Assembly: GCA_043798935.1 (NCBI GenBank)
Contig: JAZDOC010000019.1
Span: forward strand, 10,322-74,321
DNA: 64,000 bases
Direction: 5' to 3'
Source: Patescibacteria group bacterium
Lineage (GTDB): Bacteria; Patescibacteriota; Patescibacteriia; UBA9570; JAHJKD01
Part shown: in pieces, positions 45,253-53,924 of the stretch
How positions within the stretch are numbered: position 1 is the stretch's first letter
How the letters are laid out: each line of letters opens with the position of its first letter
Program-made: the position numbers and the translations under genes
The notes under the pieces: model-generated
The model's database searches: none
What the model was told of the DNA's origin: nothing
What the model saw: only the letters and a program-made list of their open reading frames with translations

Positions 45253-45649
45253 TTTAGCCAAACTTCCAGTTTATGCTCATGAAACCGATGCCGGAATGGA
45301 TATTTTTTCATTCGAAGAATATATGCTAAAACCGAATGAACGGCATTTATTTAAAACCGGAATTGCCATTAGTATTCCAGAAAATCATGTGGCTCTGGTT
45401 TGGGATAAAAGTGGTTTAGCCGTAAACAATGGAATTAAAACCATGGCTGGAGTAATCGACGAAGCTTATCGCGGAGAAGTCCAAATATTGATAATCAACT
45501 TATCTAATAAAAATTATCTGGTACAACAGCATCAAAAAATAGCCCAGTTAATTATTCAGTGTAAAGAAACAGTAGAAATTAACGAAGTTAATGATTTAAA
45601 TAACACCGATCGTGGTCAGAAAGGTTTTGGTAGCACCGGATTAAATTAA
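45224..45649 (+). CDS. dut: dUTPase
   Basis: DAGMD, KSGLA, GVIDEAYRGE, RGQKGFGSTG; ATG at 45224 preferred over the track start 45203. Confidence 0.95.
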   Translation: MKLLVKKLNSLAKLPVYAHETDAGMDIFSFEEYMLKPNERHLFKTGIAISIPENHVALVWDKSGLAVNNGIKTMAGVIDEAYRGEVQILIINLSNKNYLVQQHQKIAQLIIQCKETVEINEVNDLNNTDRGQKGFGSTGLN

Positions 45650-45653
45650 TTTT

Positions 45654-46379
45654 ATGGAAAAAGAGTTAAAAAAAATTATTGCATTTATTCAAAAAAACGT
45701 GGGTCGAATGAATATTGTAATTGGCTTAAGCGGTGGATTAGATTCATCCGTTTGCGCTTTTTTATCGCACCGAGCAATTTCCAAAGAAAAAATATATGCC
45801 TTAATTATGCCATCGCAATTTACCCCGAAACAAGACATTAAAAATGCCCAATTAGTTGCTAATATTTTAGAAATTGAAAATGAAATTATTAATATTGATT
45901 CGATTATTAAAGTTTATACAGAACAAACAGATTTTATTAAAACAAAAAAAACTCTGGGCAATTTACAAGCACGCGTCAGAATGAGTTTGTTGTATGCTAT
46001 GGCAAATAGTAGTAATAGCTTAGTAATGGGTACGGGTAATAAAAGTGAAATAATGACCGGCTATTCCACAAAGCACGGCGATGGGGGCGTGGATTTACTG
46101 CCGATTGGCGATTTATATAAGACTCAAGTAAGAGAATTAGCAAAATTTATAAATGTACCAGAGGGTATTATTAATGCAAAGCCAACGGCCGGATTATGGA
46201 ATAATCAATATGATGAAGATGAATTAAAAATCACCTATAGCAAATTAGATAAAATATTATCATGCCTGGAAGCTAAAAAAAGCACTAAGCATTTTAATTC
46301 TCATGATGTTGATCTAGTTCAACAATATATAAAACTGTCAGAGCATAAACGCAAAAAAATACCAATTTGTAAAATATGA
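45654..46379 (+). CDS. nadE: NH3-dependent NAD synthetase
   Basis: GLSGGLDS, GNLQARVRM, GTGNKSE, TKHGDGG, PTAGLW; no glutaminase domain. Confidence 0.94.
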   Translation: MEKELKKIIAFIQKNVGRMNIVIGLSGGLDSSVCAFLSHRAISKEKIYALIMPSQFTPKQDIKNAQLVANILEIENEIINIDSIIKVYTEQTDFIKTKKTLGNLQARVRMSLLYAMANSSNSLVMGTGNKSEIMTGYSTKHGDGGVDLLPIGDLYKTQVRELAKFINVPEGIINAKPTAGLWNNQYDEDELKITYSKLDKILSCLEAKKSTKHFNSHDVDLVQQYIKLSEHKRKKIPICKI

Positions 46380-46891
46380 ATAAACTCAATGCATTATTTA
46401 TCGGTCGCTTTCAGCCTTTTCATCTGGGTCATTTATCAGTAGTGGAACAATTAGCCCGCGATATAAATATTGGTCACATTATTATTGGTGTCGGCAGTTC
46501 TCAGTATCACTCGACATTAGAAAACCCATACACTTTTAAGGAGCGCGAAACAATCATTAATGCCTGTCTAACATCACGGATATCAAAAACATTTTCAGTC
46601 TGTGCTATTCCTGACATTCATAATGCAGAAACTTGGGTTAATCATGTTAAAGCGTTAGTGGAAAATTTTGATGTTGTTTATACTGGAAACAACTGGGTTA
46701 AATCTTTGTTTGACAAAAAAAATGTTCCAACTCATGATGTTGAATTCAAAGTAGATATTACTGGAACCAAACTACGCCAAATGATATTCAGTAAAAATAA
46801 CAAAGAATGGAAAAAATACGTTTGTTCTAACAGTATAAATTTAATTCAAAATGCGAAACAACGATTTGATCAAGAAAATCAATCAGCTTAA
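46376..46891 (+). CDS. nadM: NMN/NaMN adenylyltransferase, NadM family
   Basis: FIGRFQPFHLGH, GVGSSQ.....ENP.T..ER, ITGTKLR; stand-alone, without a Nudix domain. Confidence 0.88.
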   Translation: MNKLNALFIGRFQPFHLGHLSVVEQLARDINIGHIIIGVGSSQYHSTLENPYTFKERETIINACLTSRISKTFSVCAIPDIHNAETWVNHVKALVENFDVVYTGNNWVKSLFDKKNVPTHDVEFKVDITGTKLRQMIFSKNNKEWKKYVCSNSINLIQNAKQRFDQENQSA

Positions 46892-47756
46892 AAAGAAAAA
46901 AAACGCTGTTATCTTGGTTCATAATTATCAATATCCGGAAATTTATGATGTGGCCGATTATATTGGTGATTCATTAGAATTAGCCCGAGCCGCAGCAAAA
47001 ACCAATGCCAAAATCATAGTTTTTTGTGGTGTTGATTTTATGGCCGAATCAGCCAAAATATTAAATCCGGAAAAAAAAGTTTTATTACCGGCTCTTACAG
47101 CCCGTTGCCCTATGGCCGCCATGGTAGATATTAAAGAGCTAAAAAAAATGCAACTTAAATATCCGAAAGCAAAAACAGTTTGCTATGTTAATACCACGGC
47201 TGAAACCAAGGCTAACTGCGATGTTTGTTGTACTTCTGCTAACGCCGTTAAAGTAGTTGCTAGCGTAAAAAATAAACAAATTATCTTTGCGCCCGATAAA
47301 AATTTAGCTCTTTACGTTCAATCACAATTACCTAAGAAAAAAATTATTCCATGGAATGGATTTTGCTATGTACACTCTAAAATTTTAAAAGAACAGATTA
47401 AACAAGCTAAAGACAAACATCCTCAAGCTGTAGTAATTGCTCATCCCGAATGTCCATCCGACATTATTAATTACGCCGATTATATAGCATCTACTTCGCA
47501 GATGATTTCTATTTCTAAAAAATCTAAAGCTAAAGAATTCATTATCGCTACTGAAGGCGGTATGATCAATCGTTTACAACGTGAAGTAAAAAATAAAAAG
47601 TTTTTTGCAGTTGGCGGTTTTTGCATTCAAATGAAAAAAAATTCATTAAGCAAAATTCATGATGTTTTAATTAATGAAACAAACGAGATAGTTGTGCCCG
47701 AAAAAATTCGTAAATTAGCAAAAAAATCGCTAGATAAAATGCTTAAAATAAAATAA
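46851..47756 (+). CDS. nadA: Quinolinate synthase
   Basis: LVHNYQ, GDSLELA, CGVDFMAE, CPMA, CTSAN, CYVH, AHPEC, CIQMK. Confidence 0.95.
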   Translation: MRNNDLIKKINQLKKKKNAVILVHNYQYPEIYDVADYIGDSLELARAAAKTNAKIIVFCGVDFMAESAKILNPEKKVLLPALTARCPMAAMVDIKELKKMQLKYPKAKTVCYVNTTAETKANCDVCCTSANAVKVVASVKNKQIIFAPDKNLALYVQSQLPKKKIIPWNGFCYVHSKILKEQIKQAKDKHPQAVVIAHPECPSDIINYADYIASTSQMISISKKSKAKEFIIATEGGMINRLQREVKNKKFFAVGGFCIQMKKNSLSKIHDVLINETNEIVVPEKIRKLAKKSLDKMLKIK

Positions 47757-47757
47757 T

Positions 47758-48651
47758 ATGAATATTAAAACAAAAAATTTAAAAAAATATTATATTCAGA
47801 AAAATTCTCTTGATATTAAAAATAAAAATTATTTAACCGAGTTAAAACAATTTTATCAAAATTTTTTAAATAATGATTTGCAAAAAACAGGGGACATTAC
47901 TACAAACATGCTGTTAGGCAATAAAAAATGCATTGTTAATGCGGCAATATATGGCAAAGAAAATGGCGTTATTGCAGGTGTTGAAGAAATCAGATGGATT
48001 TTAAAACAAAACAAAATAAAATTTATTCAACATGTAAAAGACGGTGAATATATAAAAAATAAACAAGTAATTTTAGAGTTAAAAGGCGATTTAAAAACCA
48101 TATTAAAAATCGAAAGAATATTATTAAATCTTTTACAACGTCTGAGCGGAATTGCCACTTGTACTAATTATTACAATGAGATTATTAAATCTCGTTGTTT
48201 AATTACAGCTACACGCAAAACATACTGGGGCCTTTTAGATAAAAAAGCAGTGGTCGTCGGCGGTGGCGGTACGCACCGCTTAGGTTTATATGATTTTATT
48301 TTAATTAAGGATAATCATATTCAGGCAATTAAAAATAATTTAGAGAGAAAAATAAAATTAATTAAACAAAATAAACTATTTTGGGAAATTGAAGTTTCAA
48401 CTTTCGAGCAAGCAATTGATTTTGCTAAATTTATGCCTGACGCCATAATGTTTGATAATTTTAAACCTCGGATTATTAAGAAAGCATTAAAATTATTAAA
48501 GCCACAATATCCAAAAATGCTTTTTGAAGCGTCTGGAAATATCGATGCTGAAAATATAAAAAAATATTCCAAAACCGGCGTTGATATAATATCGATCGGC
48601 AAGCTCACTCATTCCGTAGACAATTTAGATATCAGCTTAGATATATTATAA
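47758..48651 (+). CDS. nadC: Quinolinate phosphoribosyltransferase
   Basis: GDITT, SGIAT, TRKT, HRLGL, LIKDNH, EIEV, FDNF, EASGNI. Confidence 0.95.
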   Translation: MNIKTKNLKKYYIQKNSLDIKNKNYLTELKQFYQNFLNNDLQKTGDITTNMLLGNKKCIVNAAIYGKENGVIAGVEEIRWILKQNKIKFIQHVKDGEYIKNKQVILELKGDLKTILKIERILLNLLQRLSGIATCTNYYNEIIKSRCLITATRKTYWGLLDKKAVVVGGGGTHRLGLYDFILIKDNHIQAIKNNLERKIKLIKQNKLFWEIEVSTFEQAIDFAKFMPDAIMFDNFKPRIIKKALKLLKPQYPKMLFEASGNIDAENIKKYSKTGVDIISIGKLTHSVDNLDISLDIL

Positions 48652-48653
48652 TT

Positions 48654-50141
48654 ATGAACAATAAATACGATTTTATAGTTATCGGTTCGGGTGTAGCTGG
48701 TTTAAATTTTGCCTTGCAAGCGTCTAGTTACGGTACAGTAGCTATTATCACAAAAAAAGAATTAATGGAGAGTAATTCCAATTATGCCCAAGGTGGAATA
48801 GCGGCTGTAATCGATAAACATGATAGCACGCAAAAACATATTGCCGATACTTTAAAAGCCGGATGCAACATAAACAATAAACACGCTGTTGAAGTGATGG
48901 TAAAAGAAGCGCCTAAACAAATTCAGCATTTATTAGATATCGGCGTTGGTTTTAATAAAACTAATGGGCAACTCGATTTAACTCAGGAAGGTGGGCACAG
49001 CGCCAGGAGAATTGCTCATGCTAAAGACGCAACCGGAAAAGAAATTGAACGCGCTCTAATTTATAATGTCCGGCAACATAAAAGAATATCAATTTTTGAA
49101 TCTCACTTAGCATTTAAATTACTTGTAAAAAACAACATTTGTTCCGGGGTTTTAGTTTTAAATAACGATTCAAATAAAGTCGATCAATTTAACGCTCAGT
49201 GTGTTATAATTGCCACTGGAGGCGCGGCGCAAATATTTAAACGTAATTGTAATCCTAAAATTGCCACCGGTGACGGTGTTTCCATGGCTTTTACTGCCGG
49301 AGCAAAAATTAAAGATTTAGAATTCATTCAATTTCATCCCACAGCACTGGCTTTAAAAAACAAGCCGGCATTTTTAATTTCTGAAACTGTGCGCGGCGAA
49401 GGTGGAATTCTAGTTAATTCAAAACATGAAAAATTCATGGCTAAATATCATCCCCTAAAAGACCTAGCACCTCGTGATATTGTTAGTCGAGCGATTTATA
49501 ATGAATTAAAAAAAGGACCAGTTTATATCGATATTAAATCGCGCGGAAAAAAATATTTAAAAACCAGGTTTCCCTACATATATGACCAGCTTTGGTGGTA
49601 TGGAATTTTTATGGATAAAGATTTAATACCAATTGCCCCAGCCGCTCATTATATGTGTGGCGGAATAGCTACTGATACTTATGGTCGAACAAATATTATG
49701 GGATTGTTTGCTTTTGGCGAAGTAGCTTGTACGGGCGTTCATGGTGCTAATCGTTTAGCTTCGAATTCACTTTTAGAATGTTTGGTCTTTTCTAATCGCG
49801 CTTTGAAATCGGCAATGAAATATTCTAAACAATCTAAATATCAAATTTTTACGACAAAAAAGCCAAGATATCTGGCGATTGATTTAAATAAAATTAATCT
49901 TCTGAAAAAAAATATTCAACGAATTATGTGGAAAAATGTTAGTATCGAAAGAGAAGTAAAAAAAATGCATAAAACACTAAATAAGCTTAATGAAATTAAA
50001 AACACCTTAGATAAATTATATATAAAAGGTGTAAATAGAAATTTAATTGAAGTAAAAAATCTATGCCAAGTAGCAATATTAGTTACAACTTCCGCAATTA
50101 ACCGAAAACAAAGCATTGGCTGTCATTTCTTAAAAACATAA
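48654..50141 (+). CDS. nadB: L-aspartate oxidase
   Basis: GSGVAGL, YAQGGIAA, EGGHS.RRI, QFHPT, LAPRDIV, HYMCGG, HGANRLASNSLLE. Confidence 0.94.
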   Translation: MNNKYDFIVIGSGVAGLNFALQASSYGTVAIITKKELMESNSNYAQGGIAAVIDKHDSTQKHIADTLKAGCNINNKHAVEVMVKEAPKQIQHLLDIGVGFNKTNGQLDLTQEGGHSARRIAHAKDATGKEIERALIYNVRQHKRISIFESHLAFKLLVKNNICSGVLVLNNDSNKVDQFNAQCVIIATGGAAQIFKRNCNPKIATGDGVSMAFTAGAKIKDLEFIQFHPTALALKNKPAFLISETVRGEGGILVNSKHEKFMAKYHPLKDLAPRDIVSRAIYNELKKGPVYIDIKSRGKKYLKTRFPYIYDQLWWYGIFMDKDLIPIAPAAHYMCGGIATDTYGRTNIMGLFAFGEVACTGVHGANRLASNSLLECLVFSNRALKSAMKYSKQSKYQIFTTKKPRYLAIDLNKINLLKKNIQRIMWKNVSIEREVKKMHKTLNKLNEIKNTLDKLYIKGVNRNLIEVKNLCQVAILVTTSAINRKQSIGCHFLKT

Positions 50142-50185
50142 TTTTCCTTGATTATTATTATTTATTTTGATAACCTACATTAAAT

Positions 50186-51685
50186 ATGATAAAATATGAA
50201 GCTGTTATTGGATTAGAAATTCACATCCAATTAGCCACCAAATCAAAAATGTTCTGCGGTTCCGATAATAAAGACACCCTAGAACCCAATGTTAACGTCT
50301 GCCCAATTTGTATGGGTCATCCTGGTACTTTACCGGCCGTTAACCGTGAAGCTGTTGAAATGGGTATTATTTTAGGGTTAGCTTTAAACTGTGAAATTAA
50401 CAAAGAAACTAAGTTTGATCGTAAACATTATTTTTATCCTGACTTGCCAAAAGGATACCAAATATCTCAATACGACGAACCATTAGCTAAAAAAGGCACT
50501 TTAATGGTTTATCCAGACGGCTTATCAGGATACACTATCAGAATCAACCGTCTTCATCTGGAAGAAGATGCGGCTAAAAATATTCATACCGCAAATGGAA
50601 CTTTAATCGATTTTAACCGCGCTGGTACACCGCTAGCTGAAATTGTAACCGAACCAGATATAAAAACACCGCTTGAAGCCAGATTGTTTTTACAAGAACT
50701 GCAAATGATAGCCAGATATTTAAATGTATCTAATGCCGATATGGAAAAAGGTAATTTGCGATGCGATGCAAACATATCCATGCGTCCGGTTGGCGAAGAT
50801 GCTTTATATCCAAAAATTGAAATTAAAAATTTAAATTCATTTCGATCGGTTGAGCACGCTCTAAAATATGAAATTGAAAGACAAGCTAAATTGTGGGAAG
50901 AAAATAATGCTCCAGAAAAAGAAGAGACCAGAGGTTGGGATGAAAAAAAACAAGAAACAGTATTACAGCGCACCAAAGAAGACGCGGCTGATTATCGATA
51001 TTTCCCTGAGCCCGATATTCCGCCATTAACTTTTACCGATCAAGAAATACAAACGTATAAAATGCGCTTGCCTGAATTACCACACGATCGACGAGAACGT
51101 TTTAAAGACGAATATTTTTTAAACTATGTTGATGCTAAAGTAATAACTTCCGATCCCAGGGTTAGTGATTTTTATGAAAATAGCATTTCCGAACTGCGCG
51201 CTTGGCTAAATTCTTTAGATAACACTAATGGTTCAGATGATGAAATTTGGAATAAAAACGGCGAAAAATTATGCCGGATAGCTAAAAATTGGTTAACCAC
51301 GGATATTTTTGGATTATTAGCAAAAACAAACCAGGATTTCCGGGATTTAAAAATTACTCCAGAGAACTTTGCTGAATTTATTACGCTTATTTATGAAAAT
51401 AAAATTAATTCATCAGCGGCCCAAGCTATCTTAAAAATTATGTTCGATCGTGGCGCTGATCCTTCACAGGTTATGGAAGAAGAGAATTTAGAACAAATTC
51501 AAGACCAGGATTCTTTATCGACTGCTTGCGATGAAGCTATAAAAATTAATCCAGTTTCTGTTGAAGATTTTAAAAATGGCAAAGACAAAGCCTTAATGTT
51601 TTTAGTCGGTCAAGTAATGAAACAAATGAAAGGCAAAGCTAATCCACAAATAATTACAGATTTGCTTCGAGATAAATTAAAATAA
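50186..51685 (+). CDS. gatB: Asp/Glu-tRNA amidotransferase subunit B
   Basis: IGLEIHIQL, YFYPDLPKGYQISQ, LRCDANIS, YRYFPEPD. Confidence 0.96.
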   Translation: MIKYEAVIGLEIHIQLATKSKMFCGSDNKDTLEPNVNVCPICMGHPGTLPAVNREAVEMGIILGLALNCEINKETKFDRKHYFYPDLPKGYQISQYDEPLAKKGTLMVYPDGLSGYTIRINRLHLEEDAAKNIHTANGTLIDFNRAGTPLAEIVTEPDIKTPLEARLFLQELQMIARYLNVSNADMEKGNLRCDANISMRPVGEDALYPKIEIKNLNSFRSVEHALKYEIERQAKLWEENNAPEKEETRGWDEKKQETVLQRTKEDAADYRYFPEPDIPPLTFTDQEIQTYKMRLPELPHDRRERFKDEYFLNYVDAKVITSDPRVSDFYENSISELRAWLNSLDNTNGSDDEIWNKNGEKLCRIAKNWLTTDIFGLLAKTNQDFRDLKITPENFAEFITLIYENKINSSAAQAILKIMFDRGADPSQVMEEENLEQIQDQDSLSTACDEAIKINPVSVEDFKNGKDKALMFLVGQVMKQMKGKANPQIITDLLRDKLK

Positions 51686-51751
51686 GATTTTTTAATAATT
51701 TTAAAAATTAAATTATGATAAACAATATGCAATGCTACTAGCGAAGGGGCA

Positions 51752-51862
51752 ATGTTTTATTTTAGTTTGGATCATGTTGTTTGTCTTTGTGCTTATTACG
51801 CTGGAGAATATACTTATCGACATATTGATGACATGACAGTTGAATGCTTAGGGGCTGAGTAA
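51752..51862 (+). pseudogene. Possible remnant or small Cys-containing ORF (36 aa)
   Basis: MFYFSLDHVVCLCAYYAGEYTYRHIDDMTVECLGAE; the frame is open 10 codons further upstream with no start codon. Confidence 0.3.
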
Positions 51863-51895
51863 TGTTTTATTGTGGAAAACTATAAATTAATAGGC

Positions 51896-51924
51896 TTGTT
51901 ATTTTAAAAAACATCTGTTAGTAT
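51896..51924 (+). promoter_or_regulatory. Candidate promoter for the EamA/deaminase/argH/pyr cluster
   Basis: TTGTTA, 17-nt spacer, TG-n-TAGTAT. Confidence 0.5.
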
Positions 51925-51961
51925 ACTACGGAGAGTTTATTAAGTAAGGTTAATAAATTTA

Positions 51962-52015
51962 ATGAAAATTGAATCTACAGCTAAATTCGATCAATTAACT
52001 AAAAGTGTTTTTTAA
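51962..52015 (+). CDS. Candidate 17-aa leader peptide MKIESTAKFDQLTKSVF
   Basis: taaggt lies 11 nt upstream; the stop codon overlaps the base of the terminator hairpin. Confidence 0.35.
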   Translation: MKIESTAKFDQLTKSVF

Positions 52016-52037
52016 CTCCGTAAATCGGGGTTTTTTT
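52014..52037 (+). terminator. Intrinsic terminator/attenuator upstream of the EamA gene
   Basis: aactccg-taaat-cggggtt followed by a T run; about 25 nt before the ATG at 52061. Confidence 0.7.
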
Positions 52038-52060
52038 ATAAATTAATATACATTAATATC

Positions 52061-52939
52061 ATGAACTGGATACTATTATCAATCTTAGCCGCCGGTCTAT
52101 ACACAGTTATTTATGTAATTGATAAGTTAATGATTGATAATCTCATTAAAAAACCAAGCTTGGCAGCAGCTGTTTCTAGTTTAAGCACATTTGCATTTTT
52201 TATCGCTACTTCGATTATCAAAACTGATATAACATTTGATAATCCAAAAATTATCGTTTTATCTTTATTGGCTGGTGTTGTAAATGGTCTTACTATATTG
52301 TTATATTACTACATTTTAAGTAAAGAAGAGATGTCGCGTTTCATTCCGGTTTTATCTTTAATGCCGGCTTTTGTAATTATACTTTCTTATTTTATTCTTA
52401 ATGAAACTTTCTCAACCATTATTTATGTTGGTATATTTTTAGTAATTATTGGTTCGATATTAATATCTTTAAAAAAATCAGATTTAAAAATAAAATTAAA
52501 CCTATCTTTTTTATTGGCTATATTAACAGCCATGGGGTTTGCTGTAAAAAATGTTTTAATTAAATTAGGTTCACAAAGTATAGATGTGCACGAAGTTAAT
52601 TATTGGCTAGGTATAGGCGCAGGTCTAATGTTTTTCATATTTTTAACTAAAGGATGGGATAAGAATAAAAAAATAATAAAAGCATCAACAATACTATTTT
52701 TTGTTGATTTAATATCAGCCGGAACATTTTATGTTTTAGCAATAGCTTTATCGCATGGTCCAGCATCGCTTGTGTCTTCAATGATCCAGTTAAAATTAGT
52801 GTTTACTTTTATAGTAGCTATAATATTTTCAGTCTTCTTCCCGAAAATATTAAAAGAAAAATTAAGCAAATTTATTATAATTCAAAAGACTTTCGCGATT
52901 ATTATAATTATTTTCGGAGCATTATTAATAATTAATTAG
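52061..52939 (+). CDS. EamA/DMT-family transporter
   Basis: About 10 TM; DK, ILNE and LKEK repeat signatures. Confidence 0.82.
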   Translation: MNWILLSILAAGLYTVIYVIDKLMIDNLIKKPSLAAAVSSLSTFAFFIATSIIKTDITFDNPKIIVLSLLAGVVNGLTILLYYYILSKEEMSRFIPVLSLMPAFVIILSYFILNETFSTIIYVGIFLVIIGSILISLKKSDLKIKLNLSFLLAILTAMGFAVKNVLIKLGSQSIDVHEVNYWLGIGAGLMFFIFLTKGWDKNKKIIKASTILFFVDLISAGTFYVLAIALSHGPASLVSSMIQLKLVFTFIVAIIFSVFFPKILKEKLSKFIIIQKTFAIIIIIFGALLIIN

Positions 52940-52950
52940 AACAAAATATC

Positions 52951-53922
52951 ATGGAAAAATGGGATCTTAAAAATCAAATGTTAGAAGCTGTAAAAGCTAA
53001 AGGCGGGTGGGTTAATTTACACGGTCATTTTGACAAGGCTTACTATATTAGTAAAGAAGGATTAGAAAAATCTATGTTAGACATGGAAGCAAAATGGAGA
53101 TTAAGCGATGAATTAAAAAGAACTGCTACTCAAGAAGAAGTTGAAACCAGAATTAAAACTGCATTAGATAAATTAATAGAGCAGGGAACTCAGGCTACAG
53201 TTAGTTTTATCGACGCGTACGACGCAGTTGGACACAAAAATATTGACGCTGCATTAAAAATTCAAGAAGAATGTAAAGATAAAATTATTTTTAAAATTGC
53301 AACTCAACCGTTAGGTGGACTTAATGATAAAAAAGCTAGAAATTTATATGAGGAAATTACAGCTAAAGCTGACTTTGCCGGTGGACTACCTTCTTATGAT
53401 AGGCCAAATGATGATGAAAATTATGATCATTTATTTTCAATCGCAAAAAATTTAAACAAAGCAATTCATGTTCATATTGATCAAGAAAACAATCCTGACG
53501 AAAGAGATACTGAAAAATTAATTAAATACACAAAAAAATATGGCTATGAAGGTAGAGTAGTAGAAATTCATGCATTATCAGTTTCTGCTCAACCAAAGGA
53601 ATACAGAACAAGAATATATAAAGAAATGGCTGATCTAGGTATAAAGGTTGTAGTTTGTCCGGCAGCTGCGTTAGCTATGAGACAATTGGATCCTAAAATA
53701 GCACCTCTACATAATTCAATTGCTAATGTGCCAGAAATGTTGGAAACAGGTGTTACAGTAGGGTTAGGAGTAGATAATATTTATGATTTTTATCAACCAT
53801 TCATTGACGCTGATATGTGGGTTGAGATGAGGATGCTGCAGGAGGCATGCAGGTATTACCGATTTGATTCGCTTGTTGATATTGCCACTACTAATGGACT
53901 AGAAATTTTAAACATTAAATAA
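52951..53922 (+). CDS. Amidohydrolase, cytosine-deaminase (CodA)-like
   Basis: NLHGHFDK, HVHIDQ, EIHALS, VCP, GLGVDNI.D metal ligands. Confidence 0.8.
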   Translation: MEKWDLKNQMLEAVKAKGGWVNLHGHFDKAYYISKEGLEKSMLDMEAKWRLSDELKRTATQEEVETRIKTALDKLIEQGTQATVSFIDAYDAVGHKNIDAALKIQEECKDKIIFKIATQPLGGLNDKKARNLYEEITAKADFAGGLPSYDRPNDDENYDHLFSIAKNLNKAIHVHIDQENNPDERDTEKLIKYTKKYGYEGRVVEIHALSVSAQPKEYRTRIYKEMADLGIKVVVCPAAALAMRQLDPKIAPLHNSIANVPEMLETGVTVGLGVDNIYDFYQPFIDADMWVEMRMLQEACRYYRFDSLVDIATTNGLEILNIK

Positions 53923-53924
53923 AT

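Noticed and set aside
51925-52040. Known riboswitch (purine, THF, glycine, fluoride) or PyrR site
   Set aside because: Only isolated words match (ggagag, tctac, ccgtaaa); order and spacing do not fit those consensus structures. Kept only as an unclassified attenuator candidate.
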